From the NCBI GenBank assembly GCA_004524535.1, contig SDNY01000003.1, positions 7,138-71,137 of the forward strand: 64,000 nt of DNA, given 5' to 3'. The position numbers were made by a program, and so were the translations under genes. Positions 31,690 to 41,992 of the stretch are shown one piece after another. The DNA is from Promethearchaeota archaeon (lineage in GTDB: Archaea > Asgardarchaeota > Lokiarchaeia > Sigyniarchaeales > SOKP01). Numbering within the stretch: position 1 is the stretch's first letter; each line of letters opens with the position of its first letter. The notes under the pieces were generated by a model. It worked only from the letters and a program-made list of their open reading frames with translations. It was not told where the DNA came from and did not search any database.

Positions 31690-31833
31690 GCAATAGCAAT
31701 AGCTTCATTTTAATAAATAATACATATAATTAATTCTGATGCTACATTATAAAACTCACATATTAGCAATAAAATTTCTAATAATAGATGTATAAATAAT
31801 TCTATAACAATTAAAAAAATCTGATGAATTTTA

Positions 31834-33300
31834 ATGGTAAACGCAATATTAATTGTACTTGATACACTAAGACAGGATCATGTCGGATGCTATGGCAATA
31901 CGTGGATAAAAACACCGCATTTAGACGAGTTTGCCAAGGAAGCTGTGAAATTTACAAAAATGTATCCTGATTCACTCCCAACGCTTCCCGTGCGAAAAGC
32001 CATCTATACTGGGAAGAGGGTCTTTCCTTTTACAGATGATAAGCTAGGAGAGACTAAATCTGGGCGGGGAGACTTTATTGGTAATGCTCTCGGCGCACCT
32101 GGTTGGGGTTCCATTTCAGAATCGCATGATACTTTGGCTGAACGATTTCAGCGAAAAAAATATATCTCTGCATTGTTCTCTGATGTATATCACCAATTTA
32201 AACCTGGATATAATTTTCAGCGTGGATTTACTCAATGGGAATGGATCCGTGGACAAGAAGAAGATGCTTTTCTTTCTGGTCCAGAAATTTCTAACGAGGA
32301 TCTCCAAAAATATCTTACTTCCAAACAGCAAGGAACTACATCAGGAACTGTTTTTGCAAAATTCATGATGGAACAGTTTTTAAAAAATACACGCTGGTGG
32401 CGCTCTGAAACTGATACCTTTCCTGCCCAAGTATTTCGCAAAGCTGGAGAATGGTTAGATCTAAACCTAGATGCTCTAATAAAGGGTAAAGGATTTATAA
32501 CTGTGGAATCGTTTGATCCACATGAACCTTGGAATCCTCCTCTTCATTATATTCGAATGTATGAAAAAGATCCAGATTGGGAAAAGGGTTGCCAAAAAAT
32601 TACACACTCTTTATATGGCCCAGCAGATATTCTCTCAGAACAAGAACTCAAGAACTTAAAGACACGCTATGCCGCAGAAGTCTCGCTTGTCGATACATGG
32701 TTTGGGTATTTCATAGAATATATTAAGAGGATTGGGATTTGGGATAATTCAATCATCGTTGTCGTTTCGGATCACGGACATATGTTAGGGGAGCACGGGC
32801 TAATTGCAAAGGCTGCTAATCCCCTGGGGCGAGAAGTAGCTGATCTTGTTGCTATGATTCGATTCCCTGGAGGTGAAATGGCAGGAAAAACTTGCGATAA
32901 GTTTTGTTATCATCATGATATTGCTGCTACGATATGTAATGCATGTAAAATCTCTTACAAAGATATGGATGGAAAGGATCTATTCCCTTTAGTTAAAGAT
33001 GATAAGCTGAATTATTATGATCATGTTTCCATAGCATGGGGAGGCTCCGTTGCAGTATATAATAATGATTTCTGGTATAATGGATATATATGGGATATTG
33101 AAGAAGGCAGTTTGTTTGATGTAAAGAAGGATCCCAAATTGAATAAAAATATCATTTCAAAAGCTCCAGACAAGGCAAAAGAGCTATTAAAGCTCTGCTG
33201 GGAGGACGCTCGTGAGCCAATTGATATGGATTTCATGCGCCAATTTAAAGACCGACTCGGGTGCACTCCTGTAACTAAAGGATTAACCAGAAATGACTAA
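31834..33300 (+). CDS. Sulfatase-like hydrolase (alkaline phosphatase superfamily) with Thr at the nucleophile position
   Basis: LIVLDTLRQD, PTLPVRKAIYTG, DPHEPW, VSDHG. Confidence 0.85.
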   Translation: MVNAILIVLDTLRQDHVGCYGNTWIKTPHLDEFAKEAVKFTKMYPDSLPTLPVRKAIYTGKRVFPFTDDKLGETKSGRGDFIGNALGAPGWGSISESHDTLAERFQRKKYISALFSDVYHQFKPGYNFQRGFTQWEWIRGQEEDAFLSGPEISNEDLQKYLTSKQQGTTSGTVFAKFMMEQFLKNTRWWRSETDTFPAQVFRKAGEWLDLNLDALIKGKGFITVESFDPHEPWNPPLHYIRMYEKDPDWEKGCQKITHSLYGPADILSEQELKNLKTRYAAEVSLVDTWFGYFIEYIKRIGIWDNSIIVVVSDHGHMLGEHGLIAKAANPLGREVADLVAMIRFPGGEMAGKTCDKFCYHHDIAATICNACKISYKDMDGKDLFPLVKDDKLNYYDHVSIAWGGSVAVYNNDFWYNGYIWDIEEGSLFDVKKDPKLNKNIISKAPDKAKELLKLCWEDAREPIDMDFMRQFKDRLGCTPVTKGLTRND

Positions 33301-33427
33301 AAAAAATTTAAAGATATAATTGGAGAGGACTAATAAAATAAATAGAATATAATGATAAAATCTAGCACTGAAAATTATTATATTATCATTATATCTAAAT
33401 AACTATAATTTAAACAAATTACAAAAA

Positions 33428-34864
33428 ATGTTAAGTGATATGAATAAGGAAGATATTTGCTATATGCCCGCTTGGCAGATGGTAGAAAAGATAAGAACAC
33501 AAGAATTATCCTCCCAAGAGATAACTGAGATCATAATAGAGAGAATTGAAAAGATAAATCCAAAATTAAATTCCTATTGTACTACAACTTTTGACCTAGC
33601 AAGAAAAATGGCAAAGAAAGCTGATGATCGAGCAAAAACTGGTGAAAATGTCGGATTATTGAATGGAATTCCTACATCCATTAAAGATACTATGGATATT
33701 AAAGGAATTCGTACCACGTATGGTTCTAAGTTTTTTGAACACCATATTCCTAAGGAGACTACCGTGGATGTGCAACGCCTTATTGATGCAGGATGCGTAA
33801 TCTTAGGAAAGACTAATAACTCTGAGTTTGCGTTTTTTGGCGTTACTAATAATGAAGTATTTGGCGTTACCAATAATCCTTGGAATTTGGAAAGAACGTG
33901 TGGTGGATCTAGTGGTGGTGCTGGGGCATCAGTTGCAGCAGGAATTAGCCCTCTAGCACTAGGGTCTGATGGAGGGGGATCTATTAGAATTCCAGCTAGT
34001 TTAAATGGAATCTATGGTTTAAAACCTAATTTTGGGAGAATACCAATTTATCCAAGAAATGGACTTGGAGGCTTTACCGTTTGTGCTAATGGTCCAATGA
34101 CAAATTATGTAAAGGATGCGGCATTAATGCTGGATGTTTTGAAGGGATTCCATGAAGCAGATAGGGATGTCCTACCAGATGATGGTGTCAGCTATTTTAA
34201 GAAGGTAAATGAAAAACCAAATAAATTAAAAATAGCATTTTCCCTAGATTTAGGTAATACTAAACAAATCGAGCCAGAGGTAGAAAAAGCAGTAACAGAT
34301 TCTGTTCAAAAGTTTGAAGAATTAGGCTGGACGGTTGATACACCAAAATCTCGATTAAGACCTCCTACTTGGGCATTCAATACTACTTATACTGCAAATG
34401 CCGCTTATAACTTAGGACCTTATTTACAAGAAAACAGAGAATTATTAGGGTCTGAATTGGTTAAAAGTATTGAAGTAGGATTGACTCATTCAGCTGTAGA
34501 TCTGCTCAATGCATTTAATGCAAGAAAAAACTTCTATGAAAAAATGTATCACTTCATGAAAAATTATGATGTTTTAATAACCCCAACGCTTTCAGTCACA
34601 GCATTTCCTCATGGAATCTTGTATCCTGCAATAATTAATGGTAAAGGAGTTCCACCCACTGGTTGGCAACCAAATACATGGCCTTTTAATCTAACAGGTC
34701 ACCCTGCGGCTTCAATTCCTTGTGGGTGGTCAGAAGAGGGACTTCCCATTGGAATGCAAATCATAGGGCATCGATTTGATGAGTTAACAGTGCTGCAGGT
34801 TTCTCAAGCTTTTGAAGAAATAGCCCCATGGCAAGACAGGAAACCAAATCTATTCCTCCGATAA
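33428..34864 (+). CDS. Amidase signature family enzyme
   Basis: SIKD, GKTN, CGGSSGG, GSDGGGSIRIPAS. Confidence 0.93.
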   Translation: MLSDMNKEDICYMPAWQMVEKIRTQELSSQEITEIIIERIEKINPKLNSYCTTTFDLARKMAKKADDRAKTGENVGLLNGIPTSIKDTMDIKGIRTTYGSKFFEHHIPKETTVDVQRLIDAGCVILGKTNNSEFAFFGVTNNEVFGVTNNPWNLERTCGGSSGGAGASVAAGISPLALGSDGGGSIRIPASLNGIYGLKPNFGRIPIYPRNGLGGFTVCANGPMTNYVKDAALMLDVLKGFHEADRDVLPDDGVSYFKKVNEKPNKLKIAFSLDLGNTKQIEPEVEKAVTDSVQKFEELGWTVDTPKSRLRPPTWAFNTTYTANAAYNLGPYLQENRELLGSELVKSIEVGLTHSAVDLLNAFNARKNFYEKMYHFMKNYDVLITPTLSVTAFPHGILYPAIINGKGVPPTGWQPNTWPFNLTGHPAASIPCGWSEEGLPIGMQIIGHRFDELTVLQVSQAFEEIAPWQDRKPNLFLR

Positions 34865-34886
34865 ATGAAATAATAGTCTGCTAATT

Positions 34887-36107
34887 TTAAGTTATATTTT
34901 CTTGGAATGAATCTTTTTCCGAAACGGTGAATAACAATATAATAAATATCATTACAAAAAATGATGCTGAAATAACGGGTAAGGTTTGAGAACTTAAATA
35001 ATATAAGATTATTCCACCTAGGATTGGTGTAATTATCATTGCGATACTCGTAAGTGCATTGTTCACACCAAGAAGACTTCCTGTTTCTTCTCGTTCAACA
35101 CTATTTGCTAATTTGCTTGTAAGTACAGGACGGCAAATTCCAGTCCCAAAAGCTATAAAAACTAAAGGTATAAAAGCAAAAAGAAAGGTTGTTGTAAAAA
35201 TAAGAATAGTAAAGGCAGTAATCATTGAAATTATTCCAATTTTTAAGACTTTATTCTCATCAAAAGTCTTCTGAAGAGGACTTATCAAAACAGTTTGAAA
35301 GAATACTCTTAATATACCGATCCAAGCCATAAAAAACCCCACTTCAAGAGCCGTGACATTTATTTGCATTTCAGCGAAGAGAGCATAAGTAGAAATAAAG
35401 AGCATAAATCCAAAACTATAGAGAAAGAAAATAATAAGTAATTTTCTAATTTTCGAGTCTTTAAAAAACCTTTTAGCATCATCAATAGGAAAAATATCAT
35501 TAAATGTAATTCTAACCTTTTCTTCTTTTATAGTTAAAGATTCAGGCAGAAATATAACAACTAATAAAATTGAGACTAGGCATACTAATGCAGCAAAAAA
35601 CATCGGAGTAGAATAACTTATAGTTGAAAGTGTTCCTCCTATTAATGGTCCGAATATTAATGCTGCACCGAAAACAGCACTGGAATATCCATATACTTTA
35701 GTTCTATTTTTTGGCTCAGTTACATCACTAATATAAGCTTGACTAACCGTCATATTGCTGCCTAAAAGCCCATCAACCAAACGAGCCAAAATTAAAATCC
35801 AAACATTATTTGCTAAACCTAATAAGATAAAACCAATCAATGTGCTAATCTGACTAACTATTAAAAGTGGTTTTCTTCCATAACGATCGCTTAGTTTGCC
35901 TGTCACGGGGCTGGCAAAAAACTGACATAAACTAAAAATACTCAAAATCAACCCAATCTGCAATACATTCAATCCAAGAGATAAAGCTAAAAATGGGATT
36001 ACTGGAGCCACCATACTAAAGCCTAAAACTTCTGTAAAAATTATTAAAAAAATTATAAGAATCCGTTTATCTAATTTCTCTTTTGAAATTTCAGAACTTT
36101 CAGACAT
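34887..36107 (-). CDS. MFS transporter (TetA/DHA1-like)
   Basis: GKLSDRYGRKP motif A; 12 TM. Confidence 0.92.
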   Translation of the reverse strand: MSESSEISKEKLDKRILIIFLIIFTEVLGFSMVAPVIPFLALSLGLNVLQIGLILSIFSLCQFFASPVTGKLSDRYGRKPLLIVSQISTLIGFILLGLANNVWILILARLVDGLLGSNMTVSQAYISDVTEPKNRTKVYGYSSAVFGAALIFGPLIGGTLSTISYSTPMFFAALVCLVSILLVVIFLPESLTIKEEKVRITFNDIFPIDDAKRFFKDSKIRKLLIIFFLYSFGFMLFISTYALFAEMQINVTALEVGFFMAWIGILRVFFQTVLISPLQKTFDENKVLKIGIISMITAFTILIFTTTFLFAFIPLVFIAFGTGICRPVLTSKLANSVEREETGSLLGVNNALTSIAMIITPILGGIILYYLSSQTLPVISASFFVMIFIILLFTVSEKDSFQENIT

Positions 36108-36303
36108 TCTAATTACTTACTTTAAAATATTCTTTTAATTGTTGTAGATTAGCACTAAATTAATTGTTTTTGATAAAAATTTAAAAATTGAAAAGATGAT
36201 AAGAAATTAATATTAACAATAATGATGAATTTGAATTCTATCTTAAGAAACAACCCCCACCATGGCAATTATAGAAGTATCTAATCCAGCATTAAAGCAT
36301 TAT

Positions 36304-38298
36304 TTAAGTTCCTGAATAATTTGCTTTTACCCAAATCGGAGAGCTCCATCCTCTTTCTCCATCAAACTGAGTTATTCGTACGTAATAATAAGCTTCTTCT
36401 CCGATTTTCAAATCATTATCCTTGAAGGCGAACTTAATTCGGTCATTCGCCGGTGTTCTAATGGCAACAGTTTCCCCATTTTTAATCAGTTCAACATTGT
36501 CAACACGACCAGTCCCACAAACTGTTATAATTATTGTAGGTGGCTCATTAACTTCAGTTTCCTGCCCCATTAAAGTTGAATTTATTTTTAGTTTAATCCA
36601 CATCCTTTCTCCAGTAGTTCCGTAACAATTTCTATTATTAAGATTCTTTATTAGGTCTCTTGAAGTTAACTTATCTGAAAAAATAGCTGCTATTCCAGGG
36701 CGATATCTTAACGTTGGAGCAAAGTTTTTCATTTTATCTTGTTTAATAGGGCATCCTGGGTGCGAATAGTGGTCGTCTCCTCCCCCAATAAATCCTAACT
36801 TAAATCCATTATTTAAAGCATATTTAACACTACCTTCTTTTCGATTTGTCATCAATGTCCTGTATCCCCCACCAAATTCTTCACTTGAACCATGCGAGGA
36901 ATAAATTTCTACTACTTTTTCAAACTCATTATCAACTTCATTCCATGAAGTACCCATTGGCCAACTCTGTGTAGTATGAGAAATAATAGCGCATTCTATA
37001 CCTTTTAATTGATTGTATAATTGATGCTGAAAACATCCTTCTTTTGATATATAATCAATTAGAGGGGCCTTTTCAGCAAATTCAAGTGGAAAAAGAACAA
37101 CTTTATCACTTACTAACTCATAGGGACAATCTAGATTTAATACAGCTTTTGCATAAAGAACTCTTCCAGACCATTCATAACCCGGTATTGCGACAAATGA
37201 CTCATCAGTGAATTCTTTACATAATTCTATCAATTCTTGCCATACCTCATTTGTATATGAGTAAGGATACATAGTTCTACCTTCCATCCAAGTGTTAGTT
37301 CTCTGGTTTATATGATCTCCTAAGGCAGCAAAATCATGAAAAATATTATTTTTAGCATAATTAAATCCATCTCGACCTGTGCCAATACCATCCGAAAATT
37401 CTCTTGTATGAATATGAGTATCCCCCCAATAGACTTGAGTTGAAAAATCCTTATCCCATACAATGGGATTGGACTCACCATAAAGCCCCTCAAACTGAAC
37501 CGTTAATCTTCCGATATTTGATAATAATTCTTGAGCAGTAGGGAAATCACCAAATCCTAAATTTTCCCTCATTAATGTTTCTACTTTTGTCATTTCTCCC
37601 ATATATTTCTTGAATGTTAGCTTTTGTTCAAGTTTGGCATATCCTTTTTCCATTTGAGCATATTCTGGAAAATTAAGACAATTATCACCCTTCAAGCGCA
37701 CACTTTCATTAAAGCCATAATCCCTATTCCCGTTTTTATCTAAGGCTACAATATGAATGTCCGCGGGTTTATCTTGGTAAATAGTAGGGATCTTAATTAG
37801 GAAGAATGAGGCCTTACCAGCCACCATTTTTACTTGTTTTGTTCCTATTCTTGTAAATAGTTTCTCTTTCAGAAGTTTATAGTCAAGTGCTACATAAACA
37901 GGATCAATATATGCGATATCACCACTGGTAAATCTTTCTTTAGATTCATTATAATTAAATTCAACACTTCCACCGATTTCCAGAGGTTCATTTATTTGAT
38001 ATAATACCATTATTTGAGATTTTGCTGATTTAATTCTCCCTTTTACTGTTGATTTGATAGATATTATCCCAGATTTTAAATCGATTGGTTCCCAGCCATA
38101 AGGAATAATAAATCGAAACATAGTGCCTCTCGGATATTCCTTTTTTGCGGTAAAAATAATCTGAATGGAAGCTTGAGAATCAATAATTACTTCTGAATTG
38201 ACATTAAATTGAATTTGATCTAATGTATCGGGCTCTTCACAATAATCAAAGTACGGAGATTTTGGTATTTTACTCATTAACTTTACACTCTTTTTCAA
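36304..38298 (-). CDS. DUF3604 / PHP-like metallohydrolase
   Basis: YWGDTHIHT, GYEWS, EIYSSHGSSE, GFIGGGDDH, YYVRITQ...WSSPIW. Confidence 0.8.
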   Translation of the reverse strand: MKKSVKLMSKIPKSPYFDYCEEPDTLDQIQFNVNSEVIIDSQASIQIIFTAKKEYPRGTMFRFIIPYGWEPIDLKSGIISIKSTVKGRIKSAKSQIMVLYQINEPLEIGGSVEFNYNESKERFTSGDIAYIDPVYVALDYKLLKEKLFTRIGTKQVKMVAGKASFFLIKIPTIYQDKPADIHIVALDKNGNRDYGFNESVRLKGDNCLNFPEYAQMEKGYAKLEQKLTFKKYMGEMTKVETLMRENLGFGDFPTAQELLSNIGRLTVQFEGLYGESNPIVWDKDFSTQVYWGDTHIHTREFSDGIGTGRDGFNYAKNNIFHDFAALGDHINQRTNTWMEGRTMYPYSYTNEVWQELIELCKEFTDESFVAIPGYEWSGRVLYAKAVLNLDCPYELVSDKVVLFPLEFAEKAPLIDYISKEGCFQHQLYNQLKGIECAIISHTTQSWPMGTSWNEVDNEFEKVVEIYSSHGSSEEFGGGYRTLMTNRKEGSVKYALNNGFKLGFIGGGDDHYSHPGCPIKQDKMKNFAPTLRYRPGIAAIFSDKLTSRDLIKNLNNRNCYGTTGERMWIKLKINSTLMGQETEVNEPPTIIITVCGTGRVDNVELIKNGETVAIRTPANDRIKFAFKDNDLKIGEEAYYYVRITQFDGERGWSSPIWVKANYSGT

Positions 38299-38318
38299 CT
38301 TTTAAATTTAAATAGTAA

Positions 38319-38387
38319 TAATTCTAAGAAATTTTTTAGGATTTGCATGCCGATGGGCTTTATTCTGATGGATTCGGGTTGGAATTG
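38319..38387 (-). repeat. trpG/pabA 3'-end relic
   Basis: QFQPESIRIKPIGMQILKNFLEL, 23 uninterrupted codons. Confidence 0.9.
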
Positions 38388-38397
38388 AAAATCATAA

Positions 38398-38913
38398 TTA
38401 TATGTCATTTAGTTTGTCTTTAAATAGTTGCTCATCAAATTCCTCATCGATTTCGAGGATTAAAGGAGCTTTGAAAACAGGATCAATTCTTCGATATTTC
38501 CTTAATTTTAAAATATTTTTATCATGAGTAGCAATGGTGGTAACTTTTACTCTATCCATAGTGGATAAGATTAAAGTATCTCTTCCACCAATTCCTAATT
38601 GTGAATGATCTTTCATTTTTTGAATCACATCTACTAATAAGAGTTCATCAACTTCAATAATCTGGCAATTTTCTGTTGAAATTAAGGATAATAATAATTC
38701 TTCAATAATTTCTTTATCAAAATCTTTTCTTAAATCTGCTGTCTTATATAAATTATGTCCAATCTCAATCGGAATAATCGAACTTAGAATAATTTCTTCC
38801 TTAAATAAAATCCCGTCCTTCTCTGTACCATTCATCCACCTTTTAATATTTTGATGCTCTAAAGCATTGCTATCCCAATAATAAATCCAAATCTGAGAAT
38901 CTATTGTAATCAT
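38398..38913 (-). CDS. PIN domain (VapC-like) toxin
   Basis: ITIDSQIWI, IEI, GRDTLI, ATHDK acidic motifs. Confidence 0.85.
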   Translation of the reverse strand: MITIDSQIWIYYWDSNALEHQNIKRWMNGTEKDGILFKEEIILSSIIPIEIGHNLYKTADLRKDFDKEIIEELLLSLISTENCQIIEVDELLLVDVIQKMKDHSQLGIGGRDTLILSTMDRVKVTTIATHDKNILKLRKYRRIDPVFKAPLILEIDEEFDEQLFKDKLNDI

Positions 38914-38916
38914 AAG

Positions 38917-39150
38917 TTAATCAAGTATTTTTTGAAATTCAATTGGTTCTTTAGAGTTTTCTTTCAGTTTTTTACTGAATTCTTCAGACTTGCTAACGAG
39001 ATCTTCTATTGAATTTGATTTCCGCAATATAATCTTATCTTCTTGTATTTGAAAGAGTAATCTCTCTCCAGATTTAATATTAAGCAATTTTCTTATTTCG
39101 CTTGGGATTAAAATCCTTCCTTTATCATCTAATTTAGATTCTGCATTCAT
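38917..39150 (-). CDS. AbrB/MazE/SpoVT family antitoxin
   Basis: KLDDKGRILIPSEIRKLLNIKSGE. Confidence 0.9.
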   Translation of the reverse strand: MNAESKLDDKGRILIPSEIRKLLNIKSGERLLFQIQEDKIILRKSNSIEDLVSKSEEFSKKLKENSKEPIEFQKILD

Positions 39151-39279
39151 TTTTATTCAATTATATTTATTTTTTTCCACTAAGTGGATCATAGTGGGAG
39201 AGAAATTTAAATTTTTATCTTTAGTTTTCATATAATTTTTTTACCTCATAGTATTTTCTCTAATGTTCTCTATTAAATA

Positions 39280-39303
39280 TAAAGTCAAGAAGTTTTTTAG
39301 TAT
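39280..39303 (-). repeat. Short trpG/pabA 3'-end relic
   Basis: ATA CTA AAA AAC TTC TTG ACT TTA = ILKNFLTL. Confidence 0.6.
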
Positions 39304-39384
39304 TTTTAAACGAACTTCAGAACAATAATTTTTAATAGAAATTAAAATAAATTATTGATATCATTATATCATTTTTTTCAATTT

Positions 39385-40764
39385 ATGAGTAACCAACAAC
39401 AGAAAGAAATAGATAGAACTTTTCTTATTATGTGCCAATTTACTTCAGCACATTTTTGGGGGGGAGCAATCCTTCCAGTAAGTATCATTTATATCATCGA
39501 AAACATTTCAGGAACCACACCATTTTTGCTAAGTATTTTAATAGCGATAACTACTGCTATGCTTTTAATTAGCACAATTTTTTTCGGTTTTTTAAGCGAA
39601 AAATTGACCAAGAAAAATGCCAAGAAAAATGCATTGATTATTTCAGAAGCTATTTTATTTTTTTCTCTTGGATTAGCTGCTTTCGCACCAAACTTTATTT
39701 TTTATTCTATTTGTTTAGCTATATCTTCATTTGCTGGAGGAGCATTTACTCCATTAGCAGTTACAATGGTATCAGAATTATATCCTCCAGAGGAGAGAGG
39801 AAATAAATATGGAATAATGAATTTTTGGAATATTCTCGGAGCTGGAGGGGGAATTCTTTTTGGCGCCATATTCAACTCTTTTTTAGGATCTCTTGGATGG
39901 AGAATTATGTACGGTTTGATTGCTTTCTTAGGATTATTGAATATAATCTCTTATTATCATTTCGGAATTGAACCCGAGAGGGGGCGAGTTGAACCAGAAT
40001 TCCACGATTTTGAGGGCAATATTGAATACGACTATAAGATAACACTTCAAAAATTTAAGAGATTAATTAAAAAACGAACCGTTGCTGGTATTTTATTATT
40101 CGTTTTAATTTCAGCTATTTGCATAGTTCCCCTTGGATTATGGACAATATATTATTTTTCTACAAAATTTGGAGGTAATAGGGAAGTGGCTATGTTTTAT
40201 TCTACGGTATTAATTATCCTAACTGGTTTTGGGAACTTATTTGGAAATTTAATTGGAGGTAAAATCGGGGATAAATTATATAAATCTGGAAACCCCCGAA
40301 GACGAGTTTTATTAGTGGTAGTTTCTGTTATGATTGGGTCTTTTACCTTATTGATTTTTTACATGATTCCGTTTAATAAATCAACCTTAATTCTTTTCAT
40401 AATATCTTGGACGTTATTATTAGTCATAGGATTTTTCTCTTACTTAATTGGGGCATTTTACACGGGAAATATCGGTGCTATATACACTGAAGTATGTTCT
40501 CCTGAGGAAAGAAGTACAATAAATTCAATAAGTTTAATAATGTCTAATATCGGAGGGATCATAGGCCATCTAATAATGGCTGTTATGCTTCAAGACTCGT
40601 TATCAAATCTATCAATGGGGATTACATTACTTTTAATAATTTTCATTAGTAGCAGTTTTATTTTGATAATCCCATATTTAAGTTACTCCAGAGAAGCAAT
40701 GGAATGTAGGGAATTAATGGAAACTAGAAGGAAAGAAATAGATGCTAAAACAATTAATACATGA
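39385..40764 (+). CDS. MFS transporter
   Basis: FGFLSEK, ELYPPEERG, GGKIGD; 12 TM. Confidence 0.88.
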   Translation: MSNQQQKEIDRTFLIMCQFTSAHFWGGAILPVSIIYIIENISGTTPFLLSILIAITTAMLLISTIFFGFLSEKLTKKNAKKNALIISEAILFFSLGLAAFAPNFIFYSICLAISSFAGGAFTPLAVTMVSELYPPEERGNKYGIMNFWNILGAGGGILFGAIFNSFLGSLGWRIMYGLIAFLGLLNIISYYHFGIEPERGRVEPEFHDFEGNIEYDYKITLQKFKRLIKKRTVAGILLFVLISAICIVPLGLWTIYYFSTKFGGNREVAMFYSTVLIILTGFGNLFGNLIGGKIGDKLYKSGNPRRRVLLVVVSVMIGSFTLLIFYMIPFNKSTLILFIISWTLLLVIGFFSYLIGAFYTGNIGAIYTEVCSPEERSTINSISLIMSNIGGIIGHLIMAVMLQDSLSNLSMGITLLLIIFISSSFILIIPYLSYSREAMECRELMETRRKEIDAKTINT

Positions 40765-40923
40765 GATTAGATCTTGCTTTTCTTTGCATTAGTACTTACT
40801 ATACACAATAGAGGATTTGTAAAAAGCTAAACGGTATAACTTAAAATTAACAGTCAAATTGCTAAAAGATTAAATTATGCAAAGTCTAATATTACTATAA
40901 TAATAGTGGTTGGCGTATGCAAA

Positions 40924-41949
40924 ATGAACTCTGACATTTCAGATTTAGAAAAATTAACATGGTCGAAAGAAAAAGCCAATGAATGGTATGCGCAACACCC
41001 TTGGCTTATAGGATGTAATTATATTCCCAGTAATGCTATCAATCAACTTGAAATGTTTCAAGCCGATACTTTTGATAGTGATCAGATTGATAAAGAGCTT
41101 GGGTGGGCACAATCAATTGGTTTTAACATATTACGAATCTATTTGCATTACTTATTATGGGAGCAAGATGCCTCAGGATTAAAAAAACGGATGAAAGAAC
41201 TTCTTGAAATCTGTGAAAAACATCAAATGAAAGTTCTTTTTGTTTTTTTTGATGATTGTTGGGTACAAGATCCAAAAATAGGTAAACAACCAGAACCAAT
41301 TCCGGGAGTACATAATTCTGGTTGGGCTGCAAGTCCTGGAAGTAAGCGAGTTGTTGATAAATCCGTCTGGCCGATGTTAAAACAATATGTGCAAGAAATT
41401 CTTACAGAATTTTCTCAAGATAATCGTATTTTAGGATGGGATCTCTATAATGAACCAGGGAATGAAAGAATGCTTGAAAAAACATTACCATTATTGATTG
41501 AGACGTATCGTTGGGCTCGTGATATAAACCCAACACAGCCTTTAACCGTTGGGATATGGAATCAAAGAAGAGTATCTGTAAAAATATTTGAGGAGTTTAA
41601 TAGGATTCAGTCAACATTTTCTGACTTTATTTCATTCCATAATTATTCCAACTTCAGATCCTTGAAAAGGCAAATATCCAAATTGAAAAAACACGGTCGA
41701 CCAATAATTTGCACTGAATATATGGGTAGACCAACAAGTCTATTTGAGACTCATCTCCCTGTTTTTAAAGAGGCAAATGTGGGATGTATTAATTGGGGGC
41801 TTGTTGCAGGAAAAACTCAAACAATCTATCCATGGGGGTCAAAAGAAGGAGATCCTGAACCAGAAGTATGGTTTCATGATATATTTTATCCCGATGGAAC
41901 ACCATATCTTCAAAAAGAAGTTGACTTTATTAGAGATATCACAAAATGA
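40924..41949 (+). CDS. Clan GH-A glycoside hydrolase (GH5-like)
   Basis: WDLYNEPG (acid/base), FHNY, ICTEYM (nucleophile). Confidence 0.85.
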   Translation: MNSDISDLEKLTWSKEKANEWYAQHPWLIGCNYIPSNAINQLEMFQADTFDSDQIDKELGWAQSIGFNILRIYLHYLLWEQDASGLKKRMKELLEICEKHQMKVLFVFFDDCWVQDPKIGKQPEPIPGVHNSGWAASPGSKRVVDKSVWPMLKQYVQEILTEFSQDNRILGWDLYNEPGNERMLEKTLPLLIETYRWARDINPTQPLTVGIWNQRRVSVKIFEEFNRIQSTFSDFISFHNYSNFRSLKRQISKLKKHGRPIICTEYMGRPTSLFETHLPVFKEANVGCINWGLVAGKTQTIYPWGSKEGDPEPEVWFHDIFYPDGTPYLQKEVDFIRDITK

Positions 41950-41992
41950 ATTTATCTTAGTCAAAAAATTTTTGGAGTAATAAATAAGATGA

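Noticed and set aside
33428-34864. gatA
   Set aside because: It has the amidase signature only; no gatB/gatC are adjacent and the context is catabolic.
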